From an uncultured Collinsella sp. (GTDB lineage Bacteria > Actinomycetota > Coriobacteriia > Coriobacteriales > Coriobacteriaceae): 64,000 nt of DNA. The translations under genes were made by a program, and so were the position numbers. Under the pieces are notes generated by a model. The model did not search any database. It was given only the letters and a program-made list of their open reading frames with translations, and was not told the DNA's origin. Shown in pieces: positions 10,663 to 20,209 of the stretch (position 1 is the stretch's first letter; each line of letters starts with the position of its first letter). Where the stretch lies: positions 21,245-85,244 of the forward strand of contig CAAEDE010000037.1 in assembly GCA_900754525.1 (NCBI GenBank), in the 5' to 3' direction.

Positions 10663-11745
10663 TTATTTCTCCTCAATAAGTTTGTCGACCTCTGCCATAA
10701 GCGCGTCGACAATTTGGTCCTCAGCTACTTTACCAATGATCTGGCCATGCGAAAAGAGCAAGGCCTGACCACGTCCGCAAGCAACGCCCAGGTCGGCATC
10801 AGAAGCCTCACCGGGGCCATTAACGGCACATCCCATCACAGCGATAGAAAGCGGCGCGGAGTAGTTCTTAAGCCGCTCGGTGACCTCCTCGGCGATGGGA
10901 ATGAGGTTAACCTGGCAGCGGGCGCACGTGGGGCACGAGACAATCTCGGGGCCACGGCGACGCAGGCCCAGCGACTGCAGAATACCCCAGGCAACCGGCG
11001 GCTCCTCAACCGGATCAGCTGTGAGCGAAACACGCATGGTGTCGCCAATGCCTTCGGAAAGCAAGATACCCAAGCCTACAGAGCTCTTGATGGTGCCCTG
11101 GAGCTTGGTCCCCGCCTCCGTCACGCCCAGGTGAAGCGGAACATGGGGAATCTCGCGCGACAGGGCGCGATAAGTATCAAGCGTCGTCTGTACACTATGG
11201 GCCTTGGCGGAAAGCACGATGTTGGTAAAGCCGCGGTCTTCAAAATGCTTGACAAAACGCTCGCTCGACATCACGAGCTTTTCGGGCTGCGTGAGGTCAT
11301 CGCGCTCGGCGATATCCTGCTCAAGCGAACCGGCGTTGACACCGATGCGAATCGCACAGCCCGCAGCGCCGGCGGCGTCGATGACGGCATCGACCTTAGC
11401 CCAATCGCCGATATTGCCGGGATTAATGCGCAGCTTGGCGGCACCAGCCTCAACGGCACCAATGGCAAGCTTATGGTTAAAGTGGATATCGGCGACGATC
11501 GGCACCGGAGACTCGGCACAGATGGTGCGGAAACCCTCAAGCGCGGCCTCGGTGGGCACGCTCACGCGCACGATATCGCAGCCAGCCTGCGCCAACGCGC
11601 ACACTTGCGCAAGCGTTGCCTGGGCGTCGGCGGTATCGGTGCAAGTCATGGACTGAACCACGACCGGCGCGCCGCCACCGATCTGTACGCCGCCCACACG
11701 CACGGGGTGCGTCAGTTCGCGCGGCAAAGGATGGGATAAAGACAA
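10663..11745 (-). CDS. ispG: 4-hydroxy-3-methylbut-2-enyl diphosphate synthase
   Basis: VQSMT, ADIHF, RINPGNIG, SCPTCAR, MGCAVNGPGE; probable TTG start. Confidence 0.97.
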   Translation of the reverse strand: MSLSHPLPRELTHPVRVGGVQIGGGAPVVVQSMTCTDTADAQATLAQVCALAQAGCDIVRVSVPTEAALEGFRTICAESPVPIVADIHFNHKLAIGAVEAGAAKLRINPGNIGDWAKVDAVIDAAGAAGCAIRIGVNAGSLEQDIAERDDLTQPEKLVMSSERFVKHFEDRGFTNIVLSAKAHSVQTTLDTYRALSREIPHVPLHLGVTEAGTKLQGTIKSSVGLGILLSEGIGDTMRVSLTADPVEEPPVAWGILQSLGLRRRGPEIVSCPTCARCQVNLIPIAEEVTERLKNYSAPLSIAVMGCAVNGPGEASDADLGVACGRGQALLFSHGQIIGKVAEDQIVDALMAEVDKLIEEK

Positions 11746-11758
11746 TCCAAACACTCCC

Positions 11759-13120
11759 CTACAGAATAAATCGAAGGATGTCGGAACGAAGCATATAGAC
11801 AAACAGCAGCGCAAAGAGCGCGATGCCCACATAGCTCACAATCGTCTGGACCTTGAGCGGAAGCTCGCGTCCCGCAATCTTTTGAATGATCTCGATGACC
11901 AGCTTACCGCCATCGAGTGGCGGGATGGGCAGCAGGTTCATAAAGCCAAGCGAGAACGAGATGAGGGCAGCAAACGAAAGGAACGTGGCAGGACCGGCAG
12001 CAGCAGCCTGTGAGGACATAACGCTAATACCCACGATCGAGGAGGACTGATCGAGAATCTCCATCGTATGCTGCGGCTGGAGCAGGCGCATCACGCCCTC
12101 CGCGGTCTGCACAACATAGGAGAATGACAGACGCGCCGAGGTGATGGGGTCCAAACGGACTACCTCCGCAGAAGCATACACACCTAACCGCTCGTCCTCT
12201 TTGAGCGCAACCGAGGTCGAATGCTGCTTGCCGTCACGCTCGTACTCGATGGCGATATCGTCCTTACCGGCGGCCTTGCCGATAGCATCGTAAACGTTCA
12301 TCCATGTGGAGCACGATACACCGTCAACCGAAAGGATCGCATCACCAGCCTCGATACCCGCCTTGGCGGCAATAGACCCCTCGTCAACCTGACCGATCAC
12401 GTTGGTATCGATCGGCACGGTGACACCCGCAATGGAATAGATGCTCATAAGCAGCAAAAAGCCCGTCAGGATATTGACGAGAATGCCCGCGAGCAGCATA
12501 AAGGCACGCTTGAGAAAGCCCTGGCCAAGATAGGTGTGCGAACGTTCTTGCGCAAGGAACTCGGCCTCGCCGCACGGCAGCTCCCACACATCGCCCCCGG
12601 CAGTCGCATGTTCGCGATCGAAACGACGGCCATCAAAAGTGGTGTAGCCCGCCGCGTCTCGCGGCAGCGTCTGATACTTGGTGGGATAGTAGCTCGGCGA
12701 GGGCTGCTCCCCTTCCTCATACCAGGGCGCGATGGAGCCCCAACCCAAGAGCAAGGCACATGTCTCGAGCACATCCTCCTCGGACAGTTCGAGCTCGGCG
12801 GCAAGGTCGGCCACGGTCACGCGACCATGACGATAGATAGCCGCGAGCACGCGATCGGCGCACGAGACATCGGTCGGATCCATACCGCAGATGGCAGCGT
12901 AGCCACCCAGCAGCAGCGGGGTCACGCCAAACTTGGTGCCGATACGACGCGACGTGTGGTGGATATCAAAGCGACACGGCAGGCCCAAAAAGAACTCGGT
13001 TACCCGGACGCCACAGGCACGCGCCGCCAAAAAGTGGCCGCCCTCGTGCAAAAACACGAGGACGGAAAGCATCAGCAGGCCCCAAAAGACCGATGAGAGA
13101 ACGCTCAGAACAGTATCCAT
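11759..13120 (-). CDS. rseP: Site-2 (RIP) metalloprotease RseP with PDZ domain
   Basis: HEGGH, PDZ domain, NLLPIPPLDGG; between dxr and ispG. Confidence 0.93.
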   Translation of the reverse strand: MDTVLSVLSSVFWGLLMLSVLVFLHEGGHFLAARACGVRVTEFFLGLPCRFDIHHTSRRIGTKFGVTPLLLGGYAAICGMDPTDVSCADRVLAAIYRHGRVTVADLAAELELSEEDVLETCALLLGWGSIAPWYEEGEQPSPSYYPTKYQTLPRDAAGYTTFDGRRFDREHATAGGDVWELPCGEAEFLAQERSHTYLGQGFLKRAFMLLAGILVNILTGFLLLMSIYSIAGVTVPIDTNVIGQVDEGSIAAKAGIEAGDAILSVDGVSCSTWMNVYDAIGKAAGKDDIAIEYERDGKQHSTSVALKEDERLGVYASAEVVRLDPITSARLSFSYVVQTAEGVMRLLQPQHTMEILDQSSSIVGISVMSSQAAAAGPATFLSFAALISFSLGFMNLLPIPPLDGGKLVIEIIQKIAGRELPLKVQTIVSYVGIALFALLFVYMLRSDILRFIL

Positions 13121-13145
13121 AAAACGAAAAAGCAATCCTTATGGG

Positions 13146-14333
13146 TTAAGAACGGGCTGCGGCGAGCACCTGCGAGGCCTTTTCACGCGCCCACGCATCG
13201 ATTTCACGAAGCTGCTCAAACGAATCGACTGCCTGCATATCGTGGGCATCCATGCAGGATTCCACAATGCGATCGATATCGGTAAAGCTGCAGCCATCGT
13301 GCAGGAAGGCATCGACGGCGACCTCGTTGGCGGCATTGAGCACGCACGGCATGGTGCCACCCGTCTTGCCGGCACGCTCGGCCAGTGCCAGACAGCGGAA
13401 GGTATCCATGTCGGCAGCATCAAACGTGAGCTGCCCCAGCTCGCGAAAATCGATACGAGGCGCCGGGGTATCCCAACGCTCGGGATACGAGAACGCGAAC
13501 TGGATGGGAATACGCATGTCGGAAGCACCGAGATGCGCCATCACAGAGCCGTCGGCGAACTCGACCATAGAGTGAATCTTGGACTGACGCTGCACGACCA
13601 CGTTAATGAAATCGAGGTCGCAGTTAAACAGATGCATGGCCTCAATGCGCTCCAGGCCCTTGTTCATGAGGGTGGCGGAGTCGATGGTGATCTTGGCACC
13701 CATGGCCCACGTGGGATGTGCGAGGGCATCGGCACGCGTCACGCAATCGAGCTCGTCGCGCGTGCGGCCAAAGAACGGACCGCCCGAGCAGGTGAGCCAA
13801 ATACAATGAGCCTCGCGCGGATTCTCCCCCAGATAGCACTGGTAGATGGCGGAGTGCTCAGAGTCGACTGGAATAAGCTGGCCCGGTTGCGCCAACGGCA
13901 TAAGCAAGTCGCCACCGACGACGAGGGACTCCTTGTTGGCAAGGGCAAGGCGCTTATTTGAGGTCAAGGCCACATGGCTCGCCTCGAGACCGGCGGCGCC
14001 CACAATAGCGACAAGCACGCAGTCGACATCGTCGCGACGCGCGAGATCGCAAACCGCCTGCGCGCCAACGTTGAGCTTCGTTCCCTCGGGCAGCTCCTGC
14101 AGCACGGTGTCATCGCCATGAGCGACATCGGCCACGGCAACCGCCGGAACCGAGAACTCGCGGGCAGCGGCAACGAGCTCAGAGGTACTGGAGTTAACGG
14201 ACAGCGCCGTCACCTGCAAGCGATCGGCATGCTGACGGCACACATCGAGCGCCTGGGTGCCGATAGAGCCCGTACAGCCCAGGATGGCAACACGGAGACG
14301 TCCATCGGGGCCATACGTCGTCTGGAAGGACAT
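13146..14333 (-). CDS. dxr: 1-deoxy-D-xylulose-5-phosphate reductoisomerase
   Basis: LGCTGSIG, LANKESL, PVDSEHSA, ATLMNKGLE, NAANE. Confidence 0.97.
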   Translation of the reverse strand: MSFQTTYGPDGRLRVAILGCTGSIGTQALDVCRQHADRLQVTALSVNSSTSELVAAAREFSVPAVAVADVAHGDDTVLQELPEGTKLNVGAQAVCDLARRDDVDCVLVAIVGAAGLEASHVALTSNKRLALANKESLVVGGDLLMPLAQPGQLIPVDSEHSAIYQCYLGENPREAHCIWLTCSGGPFFGRTRDELDCVTRADALAHPTWAMGAKITIDSATLMNKGLERIEAMHLFNCDLDFINVVVQRQSKIHSMVEFADGSVMAHLGASDMRIPIQFAFSYPERWDTPAPRIDFRELGQLTFDAADMDTFRCLALAERAGKTGGTMPCVLNAANEVAVDAFLHDGCSFTDIDRIVESCMDAHDMQAVDSFEQLREIDAWAREKASQVLAAARS

Positions 14334-15247
14334 TACAGCACGCCTCCGATCATCAACATCAGCTGCGCGGTGATGCAGCCGAAGATAAGCGAATCGCTAC
14401 GATCGAGCATGCCGCCGTGACCCGGGATAAGGTTGCCGGAATCCTTGACGCCCACGCCGCGCTTGATGCGCGACTCGATAAGGTCGCCGATAACGCCCAG
14501 AATGGACACGACCACGCCGCACAGCAGCGCATAGGGCAGGCTGAGTTTGTAGAAGTGCGTCGCCCACAGGATGAGCCAAATCAAAACTGAGCCCAGGATG
14601 CCGCCAACAAACCCCTCCCAGCTCTTTTTGGGAGAGATCTTGGGAACCATCTTGTGTTTGCCGATACGGCTACCCACGATGTAGGCAAACGAATCGGAGA
14701 CCCAAAGGGACGCGCAAACGCCCACTGAAAGCAGGGCGCCGGCAAAACCGGGCACGGCATCGCGCAGCAGCACGATAGCCGACAGCATAAAGCCAGTGTA
14801 GATGGGACCCATGAGCGTCACGGCCACATCAGAAATGCGGGTACGCGGCGACCAAACATACCAAATGCCCACAGCGAGCATCAGGGCAAAAAGCAGGGCA
14901 TTCAGCAACATAGAATCGCCCAACGCCGACAGCGGAAAGAGTACGGCGGCAGCGATACCCATGCGCTCGTTAGCCATCTTGCCATCGAGCCTCGTCATAC
15001 GGAAAAACTCATAGCAGCACAGACCACTCATGACAGAAACAAAGATGGCCGTGGGCACGATACCCAAAACCAGGCACAGGATAAAGACAACGGCGTAGAC
15101 GATACCGGCGGCGGCACGGGTAATAAAGCCCGCCAGCCACGAGCTGGTACCACCTTTCGCAGCAGGTGCCTTGGGATTGGCGGGCTTGCGCGCGGGCGCC
15201 GGGGAACCAGCCGCCCTGGGAGCGGATGTCTTGGGACGATCGGACAC
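14333..15247 (-). CDS. cdsA: Phosphatidate cytidylyltransferase
   Basis: SPKKSWEG, KDSGNLIPGHGGMLDRSDS; multiple TM segments. Confidence 0.95.
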   Translation of the reverse strand: MSDRPKTSAPRAAGSPAPARKPANPKAPAAKGGTSSWLAGFITRAAAGIVYAVVFILCLVLGIVPTAIFVSVMSGLCCYEFFRMTRLDGKMANERMGIAAAVLFPLSALGDSMLLNALLFALMLAVGIWYVWSPRTRISDVAVTLMGPIYTGFMLSAIVLLRDAVPGFAGALLSVGVCASLWVSDSFAYIVGSRIGKHKMVPKISPKKSWEGFVGGILGSVLIWLILWATHFYKLSLPYALLCGVVVSILGVIGDLIESRIKRGVGVKDSGNLIPGHGGMLDRSDSLIFGCITAQLMLMIGGVL

Positions 15248-15249
15248 GA

Positions 15250-16044
15250 TTAAGCCTCCTCGGTCTTGCTCAGTCCACCAAACCTACGGTCGCGGCCCTG
15301 GTAGGCCAAAATGGCGTCGACAAGGCCCCAACGATCAAAGTCAGGCCAATAGGTATCGGTGACATAGAACTCGGAATAAGCCACCTGCCACAGCAGATAG
15401 TTCGAGAGACGCAGCTCGCCAGAGGTGCGAATCACGAGCTCCGGATCGGGAAGACCGGCGGTATAGAGGTGGGAAGCCACCGTGTCGTCGTCAATTGCGG
15501 CGGGATCGATCTTGCCGGTGGCGGCGTCGAGCGCAATCTGGCGGACGGCGCGGGTGATCTCGGCACGGGCGCCGTAGTTAACGGCCAGCGCCAGTGTCAT
15601 ACCGGTATGTTCGGCGCACTCGGAAAGACCGCGTTCAAAGACATCGCGGGTCTTTTTGGGCAGAGCGGAAATGTCACCCAAAAAGACGACGCGAACGTTC
15701 TCGCGCTTGAGTAGCGGCAGCTCATCGACAAACGTCTTGGCAAAGAGGTGCATCAGAACGTTGACCTCGTGCTGCGGACGATTCCAGTTCTCGGTCGAAA
15801 ACGCGTAAGCCGAAAGCACGTCAACGCCCAGGCGCACGCAGGCGGTAATGATCTCGCGCAGGGAGACGATACCGGCCTTATGTCCCTCGGTGCGGGCAAG
15901 ACCGCGCGATGTGGCCCAACGGCCGTTGCCGTCCATGATGCACGAGATATGGCGCGGGATATTATTGAGGTCAAGGTCGGAAAAACCGACGCCCGCAGGG
16001 GCGTCGGCAAAGTACTCGACCAGTTTATGCTCGTCGTATTGCAC
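15250..16044 (-). CDS. uppS: Undecaprenyl diphosphate synthase
   Basis: IMDGNGRWA, FSTENWNRP, IRTSGELRLSNYLLWQ. Confidence 0.97.
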   Translation of the reverse strand: MQYDEHKLVEYFADAPAGVGFSDLDLNNIPRHISCIMDGNGRWATSRGLARTEGHKAGIVSLREIITACVRLGVDVLSAYAFSTENWNRPQHEVNVLMHLFAKTFVDELPLLKRENVRVVFLGDISALPKKTRDVFERGLSECAEHTGMTLALAVNYGARAEITRAVRQIALDAATGKIDPAAIDDDTVASHLYTAGLPDPELVIRTSGELRLSNYLLWQVAYSEFYVTDTYWPDFDRWGLVDAILAYQGRDRRFGGLSKTEEA

Positions 16045-16045
16045 C

Positions 16046-16582
16046 TTAGATCTCCATGACCTCGGCTTCTTTTTCCTTCAGAAGCTCCTCGACCTTGGCG
16101 ACATACTCATCGGTGTGCTTCTGGACCTTGGCCTGCTCACGACGAACATCGTCCTCGGTGAGCTCCTCATCGCGCTCAAGCTTGTTGTTGAAGTCGCGAC
16201 GGATGTTACGGATAGACACCTTGGCCTGCTCGGCGTACTCGCGACACTCCTTGACGAGCTCGCGACGGCGCTCCTCGGTGGGAGCCGGGAACGGCAGACG
16301 AACGACGGTGCCATCGGAGTTGGGGGTAATACCCAGATCGGAAGCGCCGATGGCCTTGACGATAGCATTGATGAGTGCCTTGTCCCACGGCTCGATGAGC
16401 AGCATGTGGGCCTCGGGGGTCTTGACGGCGGCAACCTGCGTGACCGGCGTGGGAACACCGTAATAATCGACGGTGATGTCGGAAAGAATGTTGGCATTGG
16501 CGCGGCCGGTACGAACCTTGGAGAAGTTATGCTTGAGGGACTCGAGCGACTTGTCCATGTGGGCGGTGATGTTCTCTGCCAT
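16046..16582 (-). CDS. frr: Ribosome recycling factor
   Basis: RTGRAN, TEERRRELVK, IRNIRRD. Confidence 0.97.
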   Translation of the reverse strand: MAENITAHMDKSLESLKHNFSKVRTGRANANILSDITVDYYGVPTPVTQVAAVKTPEAHMLLIEPWDKALINAIVKAIGASDLGITPNSDGTVVRLPFPAPTEERRRELVKECREYAEQAKVSIRNIRRDFNNKLERDEELTEDDVRREQAKVQKHTDEYVAKVEELLKEKEAEVMEI

Positions 16583-16584
16583 GC

Positions 16585-17307
16585 TTAATCCTCCTGATAG
16601 ACGAGCGTGCCGACGGGCTCACCCGAAAGCGCGCGCTTGACGGTGTCCTCGCCATCGATGTTGAGGACCAAAATCGGCATACGGTTATCCTGGCACAGAG
16701 CCGTAGCCGTTGAATCCATAACCTGCAGGCCGCGGACGAGCACCTCGTGATAGGTAATCTTGTCAAAACGGACGGCATCGGCGCACTTGACGGGATCCTT
16801 GTCGTAGATGCCGTCAACCTTGGTGGCTTTAATCAGAATCTCGGCGCCGATCTCGCACGCACGAAGAGCCGCGGCGGTGTCGGTCGTAAAGTACGGATTG
16901 CCCGAACCGGCGGCAAAAATAACGACGTTGCCCTTGGAAAGGTGGTTGATGGCGCGACGGCGAATATAGGGCTCGCAGATCTCGTTCATCTGGATAGCGC
17001 TCATCACGCGGCAGGGAACATCGTTATGCTCGAAGGCATCCTGCAGGGCGAGCGCGTTCATAACGGTTGCCAGCATGCCCATGTAGTCGGCCTGAGCACG
17101 CTCCATGCCACCGGCAGCGCCGGCCATGCCGCGGAAAATATTGCCGCCGCCGACAACGACGCCGACCTCATGACCAACGGCGAGCAGCTCCTTGACCTGC
17201 TTGGCAAGATGGTCGGTAACCTTGGGGTCGATGCCATATTGGCCGTCGCCCATCAGTGCTTCGCCAGAAAGCTTAAGAAGCACGCGTTTATATCGGATGT
17301 CGGACAA
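16585..17307 (-). CDS. pyrH: UMP kinase
   Basis: [24 protein letters not shown]. Confidence 0.98.
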   Translation of the reverse strand: MSDIRYKRVLLKLSGEALMGDGQYGIDPKVTDHLAKQVKELLAVGHEVGVVVGGGNIFRGMAGAAGGMERAQADYMGMLATVMNALALQDAFEHNDVPCRVMSAIQMNEICEPYIRRRAINHLSKGNVVIFAAGSGNPYFTTDTAAALRACEIGAEILIKATKVDGIYDKDPVKCADAVRFDKITYHEVLVRGLQVMDSTATALCQDNRMPILVLNIDGEDTVKRALSGEPVGTLVYQED

Positions 17308-17367
17308 AGCGATCCTCCTTTAGATTGAACTCTCAACATTCTATCAAAGGCTCTAAGAAGAGCCATG

Positions 17368-17402
17368 AAAAAGCAGGCTGTGAGTAAAACCCACAGCCTG
17401 CT
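17368..17402 (-). terminator. Intrinsic terminator after tsf
   Basis: aaaaagcaggctgtg...cacagcctgct. Confidence 0.8.
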
Positions 17403-17425
17403 CATTACCAGCTACAAGAGCTTAT

Positions 17426-18295
17426 TTACTCGCCACGGACCAGACGGTCAAAGGCAACGACGGTAATGGTGTCGCCGAGCTCCTTGGAGACCTGCTCAGC
17501 GTACTTCTTGATGGTGAGGGAGCTGTCCTTGATGAACTCCTGCTCGGTGAGCACGGACTGCTTGTAGAACTTCTCCAGACGGCCGACAGCCATCTTCTCC
17601 TGAATGGCCTCGGGCTTGCCGGACTCGGCAGCCTGAGCCATGTAGATCTGCTTCTCGTGCTCAACGGTCTCGGCCGGAACCTGATCGCGGGTGGCGCAAA
17701 TCGGGGCGACGGCGGCAACCTGAAGGGCAACGTCGTGAGCGAAGGTCTTGAAGGACTCAGCCTGAGCGGTCTCAGCCTTCTCGAAGGCGAACTCGACGAG
17801 GACGCCGATCTTACCACCCATGTGGATGTAAGAAGCGAGCGCGCCGTTCTCAGCCTTGCGGGCAGCGAAGCGGGAGATCTTCATGTTCTCGCCCATGATG
17901 TGAATCATCTCGGTGAGCTCGGAGGAAACAGTCTCCTCGCCCATCGGCTTCTCGAGCAGAGCGTCGACATCGGCCGGCTCGGTGGTAGCGACAACCTCAG
18001 CGACCTTGGAAGCAAAGCCGGTGAACTTGGCGTTGGAGCCAACGAAGTCGGTCTCGCAGGAGAGCTCGAGCAGAGCGCCGGTCTTGCCATCCTCGGAGAC
18101 GAACGCGGCGACAGCGCCCTCGTTGGTCTCACGGCCAGCCTTCTTGGCAGCCTTGGCAAGGCCGTTCTTACGCAGAACGTCGACAGCGGCGTCCATGTCG
18201 CCGTCAGCCTCGACGAGAGCCTTCTTGCACTCCATCATCGGGGAGTCGGTCATCTCGCGGAGCTGCTTGACCATAGCGGCGGTAATCTGGGCCAT
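17426..18295 (-). CDS. tsf: Elongation factor Ts
   Basis: VKQLREMT, MMECKKAL, CETDFV. Confidence 0.98.
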   Translation of the reverse strand: MAQITAAMVKQLREMTDSPMMECKKALVEADGDMDAAVDVLRKNGLAKAAKKAGRETNEGAVAAFVSEDGKTGALLELSCETDFVGSNAKFTGFASKVAEVVATTEPADVDALLEKPMGEETVSSELTEMIHIMGENMKISRFAARKAENGALASYIHMGGKIGVLVEFAFEKAETAQAESFKTFAHDVALQVAAVAPICATRDQVPAETVEHEKQIYMAQAAESGKPEAIQEKMAVGRLEKFYKQSVLTEQEFIKDSSLTIKKYAEQVSKELGDTITVVAFDRLVRGE

Positions 18296-18340
18296 TGTGG
18301 TTCCTTTCAAAGAGATGAAAAAGAATTAACTAAGACTGAT

Positions 18341-19069
18341 TTACTCGGCCTTGGGCTCAGCGGCCATCTCGGCCTCGGAGACCTGCTCCTTGCCGGAGCC
18401 AGCGAGGCAGGCGTCAGCCATGAGCTCGCACATAAGGGTGACAGCGGAGATAGCGTCATCGTTGCAGGGGATGCCGTACTCGACCTCGTCGGGATCGGAG
18501 TTGGTGTCGATCAGAGCGACAACGGGGATGTTCAGGCGCTGGGCCTCCTTGATGGCGTTCTCCTCGCGCTTGGTGTCGATGACGAAGAGAGCCTGGGGCA
18601 GACCCTTCATGTCGCGGGCGCCACCGAGGTTGGTCTGGAGCTTGGTGAGCTCCTTACCGAGCACAGCCTGCTCCTTCTTGGGGAGCACTGCCATGCGGCC
18701 GTCCTCGACCATGGCCTCGAGCTCCTCCATGCGGTTGATGCGGGAGCGGATGGTGACGAAGTTGGTCAGCATACCGCCGAGCCAACGCTGGTTGATGTAA
18801 GGCATGTTGGCGCGCTCAGCAGCGTTCTTGACGGCCTCCTGAGCCTGCTTCTTGGTGCCGACGAACAGCACGTTGCCACCCTTGGCGACGTTCTTGACAA
18901 AGGTGTAGGCCTGGTCGGCGTCAAGGATGGTCTGCTTGAGGTCGAGGATGTAGATGCCGTTGCGCTCACCGAAGATGAACGGCTTCATCTTGGGGTTCCA
19001 GCGACGGGTCTGGTGACCGAAGTGGCAGCCGGCCTCGAGCAGGGTGCGGATATTAATCTTGGTAGCCAT
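18341..19069 (-). CDS. rpsB: 30S ribosomal protein S2
   Basis: [30 protein letters not shown]. Confidence 0.98.
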   Translation of the reverse strand: MATKINIRTLLEAGCHFGHQTRRWNPKMKPFIFGERNGIYILDLKQTILDADQAYTFVKNVAKGGNVLFVGTKKQAQEAVKNAAERANMPYINQRWLGGMLTNFVTIRSRINRMEELEAMVEDGRMAVLPKKEQAVLGKELTKLQTNLGGARDMKGLPQALFVIDTKREENAIKEAQRLNIPVVALIDTNSDPDEVEYGIPCNDDAISAVTLMCELMADACLAGSGKEQVSEAEMAAEPKAE

Positions 19070-19074
19070 GTTAA

Positions 19075-19180
19075 ACCTCCTGTGGTTTGCCTCCGCGCGG
19101 GGTCATCCTCCAAAACCAACCCGGACATGTGCTACCAAAGCCCGGGCACCACGGTATGAAGTAGCCGCGCGTGCGTGATA
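19075..19180 (-). ncRNA. rpsB (S2) autoregulatory leader RNA
   Basis: 5' CACGCACGCGCGG...CCGCGCGGAGGC stem architecture like the S2 leader; TTGGCA-17-TATCAT promoter at 19211-19239. Confidence 0.6.
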
Positions 19181-19288
19181 AAAACCTGTTGCCGTGAAGC
19201 AACCCGATGAATGATAGCAGGAATGCACCTTTCTGCCAACCCGCAATCAAAACCACACACCTGAATGCGGCGCGGGACGTACCATCCA

Positions 19289-20209
19289 CTATTCGCCGCG
19301 GGGATGGGCTTGAGCCACTGCCCGCTTAAGCCGATCGGGTGTGAGATGCGTGTAGATCTGCGTCGTGGACAGACTCGCATGACCCAGCAGCTCTTGAACC
19401 GAGCGCAGGTCCGCACCGCCCTCGAGCAAGTCGGTCGCAAAGGTATGGCGCATCGCATGCGGGGCGATGTCGGCCGGAATGCCGGCGAGCGTCGCCAGCG
19501 TATGGAACCGCCGCCTGAGCATGGCGGCGCTCATGCGATTGCCGCGCGCCGATATAAGCAGCGGATGAGGCCCGGTAGCGGGGTCACGGCGCTTTGCCTG
19601 AGCGAGCAATTCCGGCCTCCCCTCCTCAATATAGAGGCGCGTCGCCTCGAGTGCGCGACGATACAGAGGAACGATGCGTTCTTTGCTCCCCTTGCCCCAA
19701 AGGCGCAGCGTGCGTTCAGACCAAGCGATGGACTCCACATTGAGTGCTGCGAGCTCAGAGATACGAGCACCCGAGGCATAGAGCAGCTCGAGCATCGCCG
19801 CATCGCGCAGTCCCGCGGGCGTCGAGGTATCAGGCGTCTTGAGCAGCGCCTCGACCTGCTGGGTCGTAAGGACGCCCGGCAGGTCACGCGGCAGCTTGGG
19901 TGATGCGATCGCCGAGACCGCATCACCCTCGACAATCCCCTCGGCAGCCATCCAGCGATAGAGAGATCGGATAGCCGACAGGTGCGCCGCAAGCGTTCGG
20001 GGAGCCACCTGCTCACGCGAAAGCTCGGCAAGATAGCAACGAATGGTGCGCACGTCGGCAGCGAAAGCATCGTTATCCTCGCGCTCGCACCAGGAAGCAA
20101 AGCGCTCCAGCCTCGAGCCATAGGCCGTCACCGTGTTGGGAGAAAGTCCCTCGACACGTGCGATATAGGCGATAAACGAGTCGACGGCATCGTACAGGTC
20201 AAAGGCTAT
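19289..20209 (-). CDS. xerC: Tyrosine recombinase XerC/XerD
   Basis: ELLYASGARISE, GKGSKER, HAMRHTFAT, LLGHASLSTTQIY; in-frame N-terminal extension FIAYIARVEGLSPNT back to ATA at 20209. Confidence 0.9.
   Translation of the reverse strand: MAFDLYDAVDSFIAYIARVEGLSPNTVTAYGSRLERFASWCEREDNDAFAADVRTIRCYLAELSREQVAPRTLAAHLSAIRSLYRWMAAEGIVEGDAVSAIASPKLPRDLPGVLTTQQVEALLKTPDTSTPAGLRDAAMLELLYASGARISELAALNVESIAWSERTLRLWGKGSKERIVPLYRRALEATRLYIEEGRPELLAQAKRRDPATGPHPLLISARGNRMSAAMLRRRFHTLATLAGIPADIAPHAMRHTFATDLLEGGADLRSVQELLGHASLSTTQIYTHLTPDRLKRAVAQAHPRGE

Noticed and set aside
19289..20209. Tyrosine recombinase as a prophage or island integrase
   Set aside because: Xer-sized, in the conserved dprA-trmFO-xerC context, host-like composition, no cargo or att sites.
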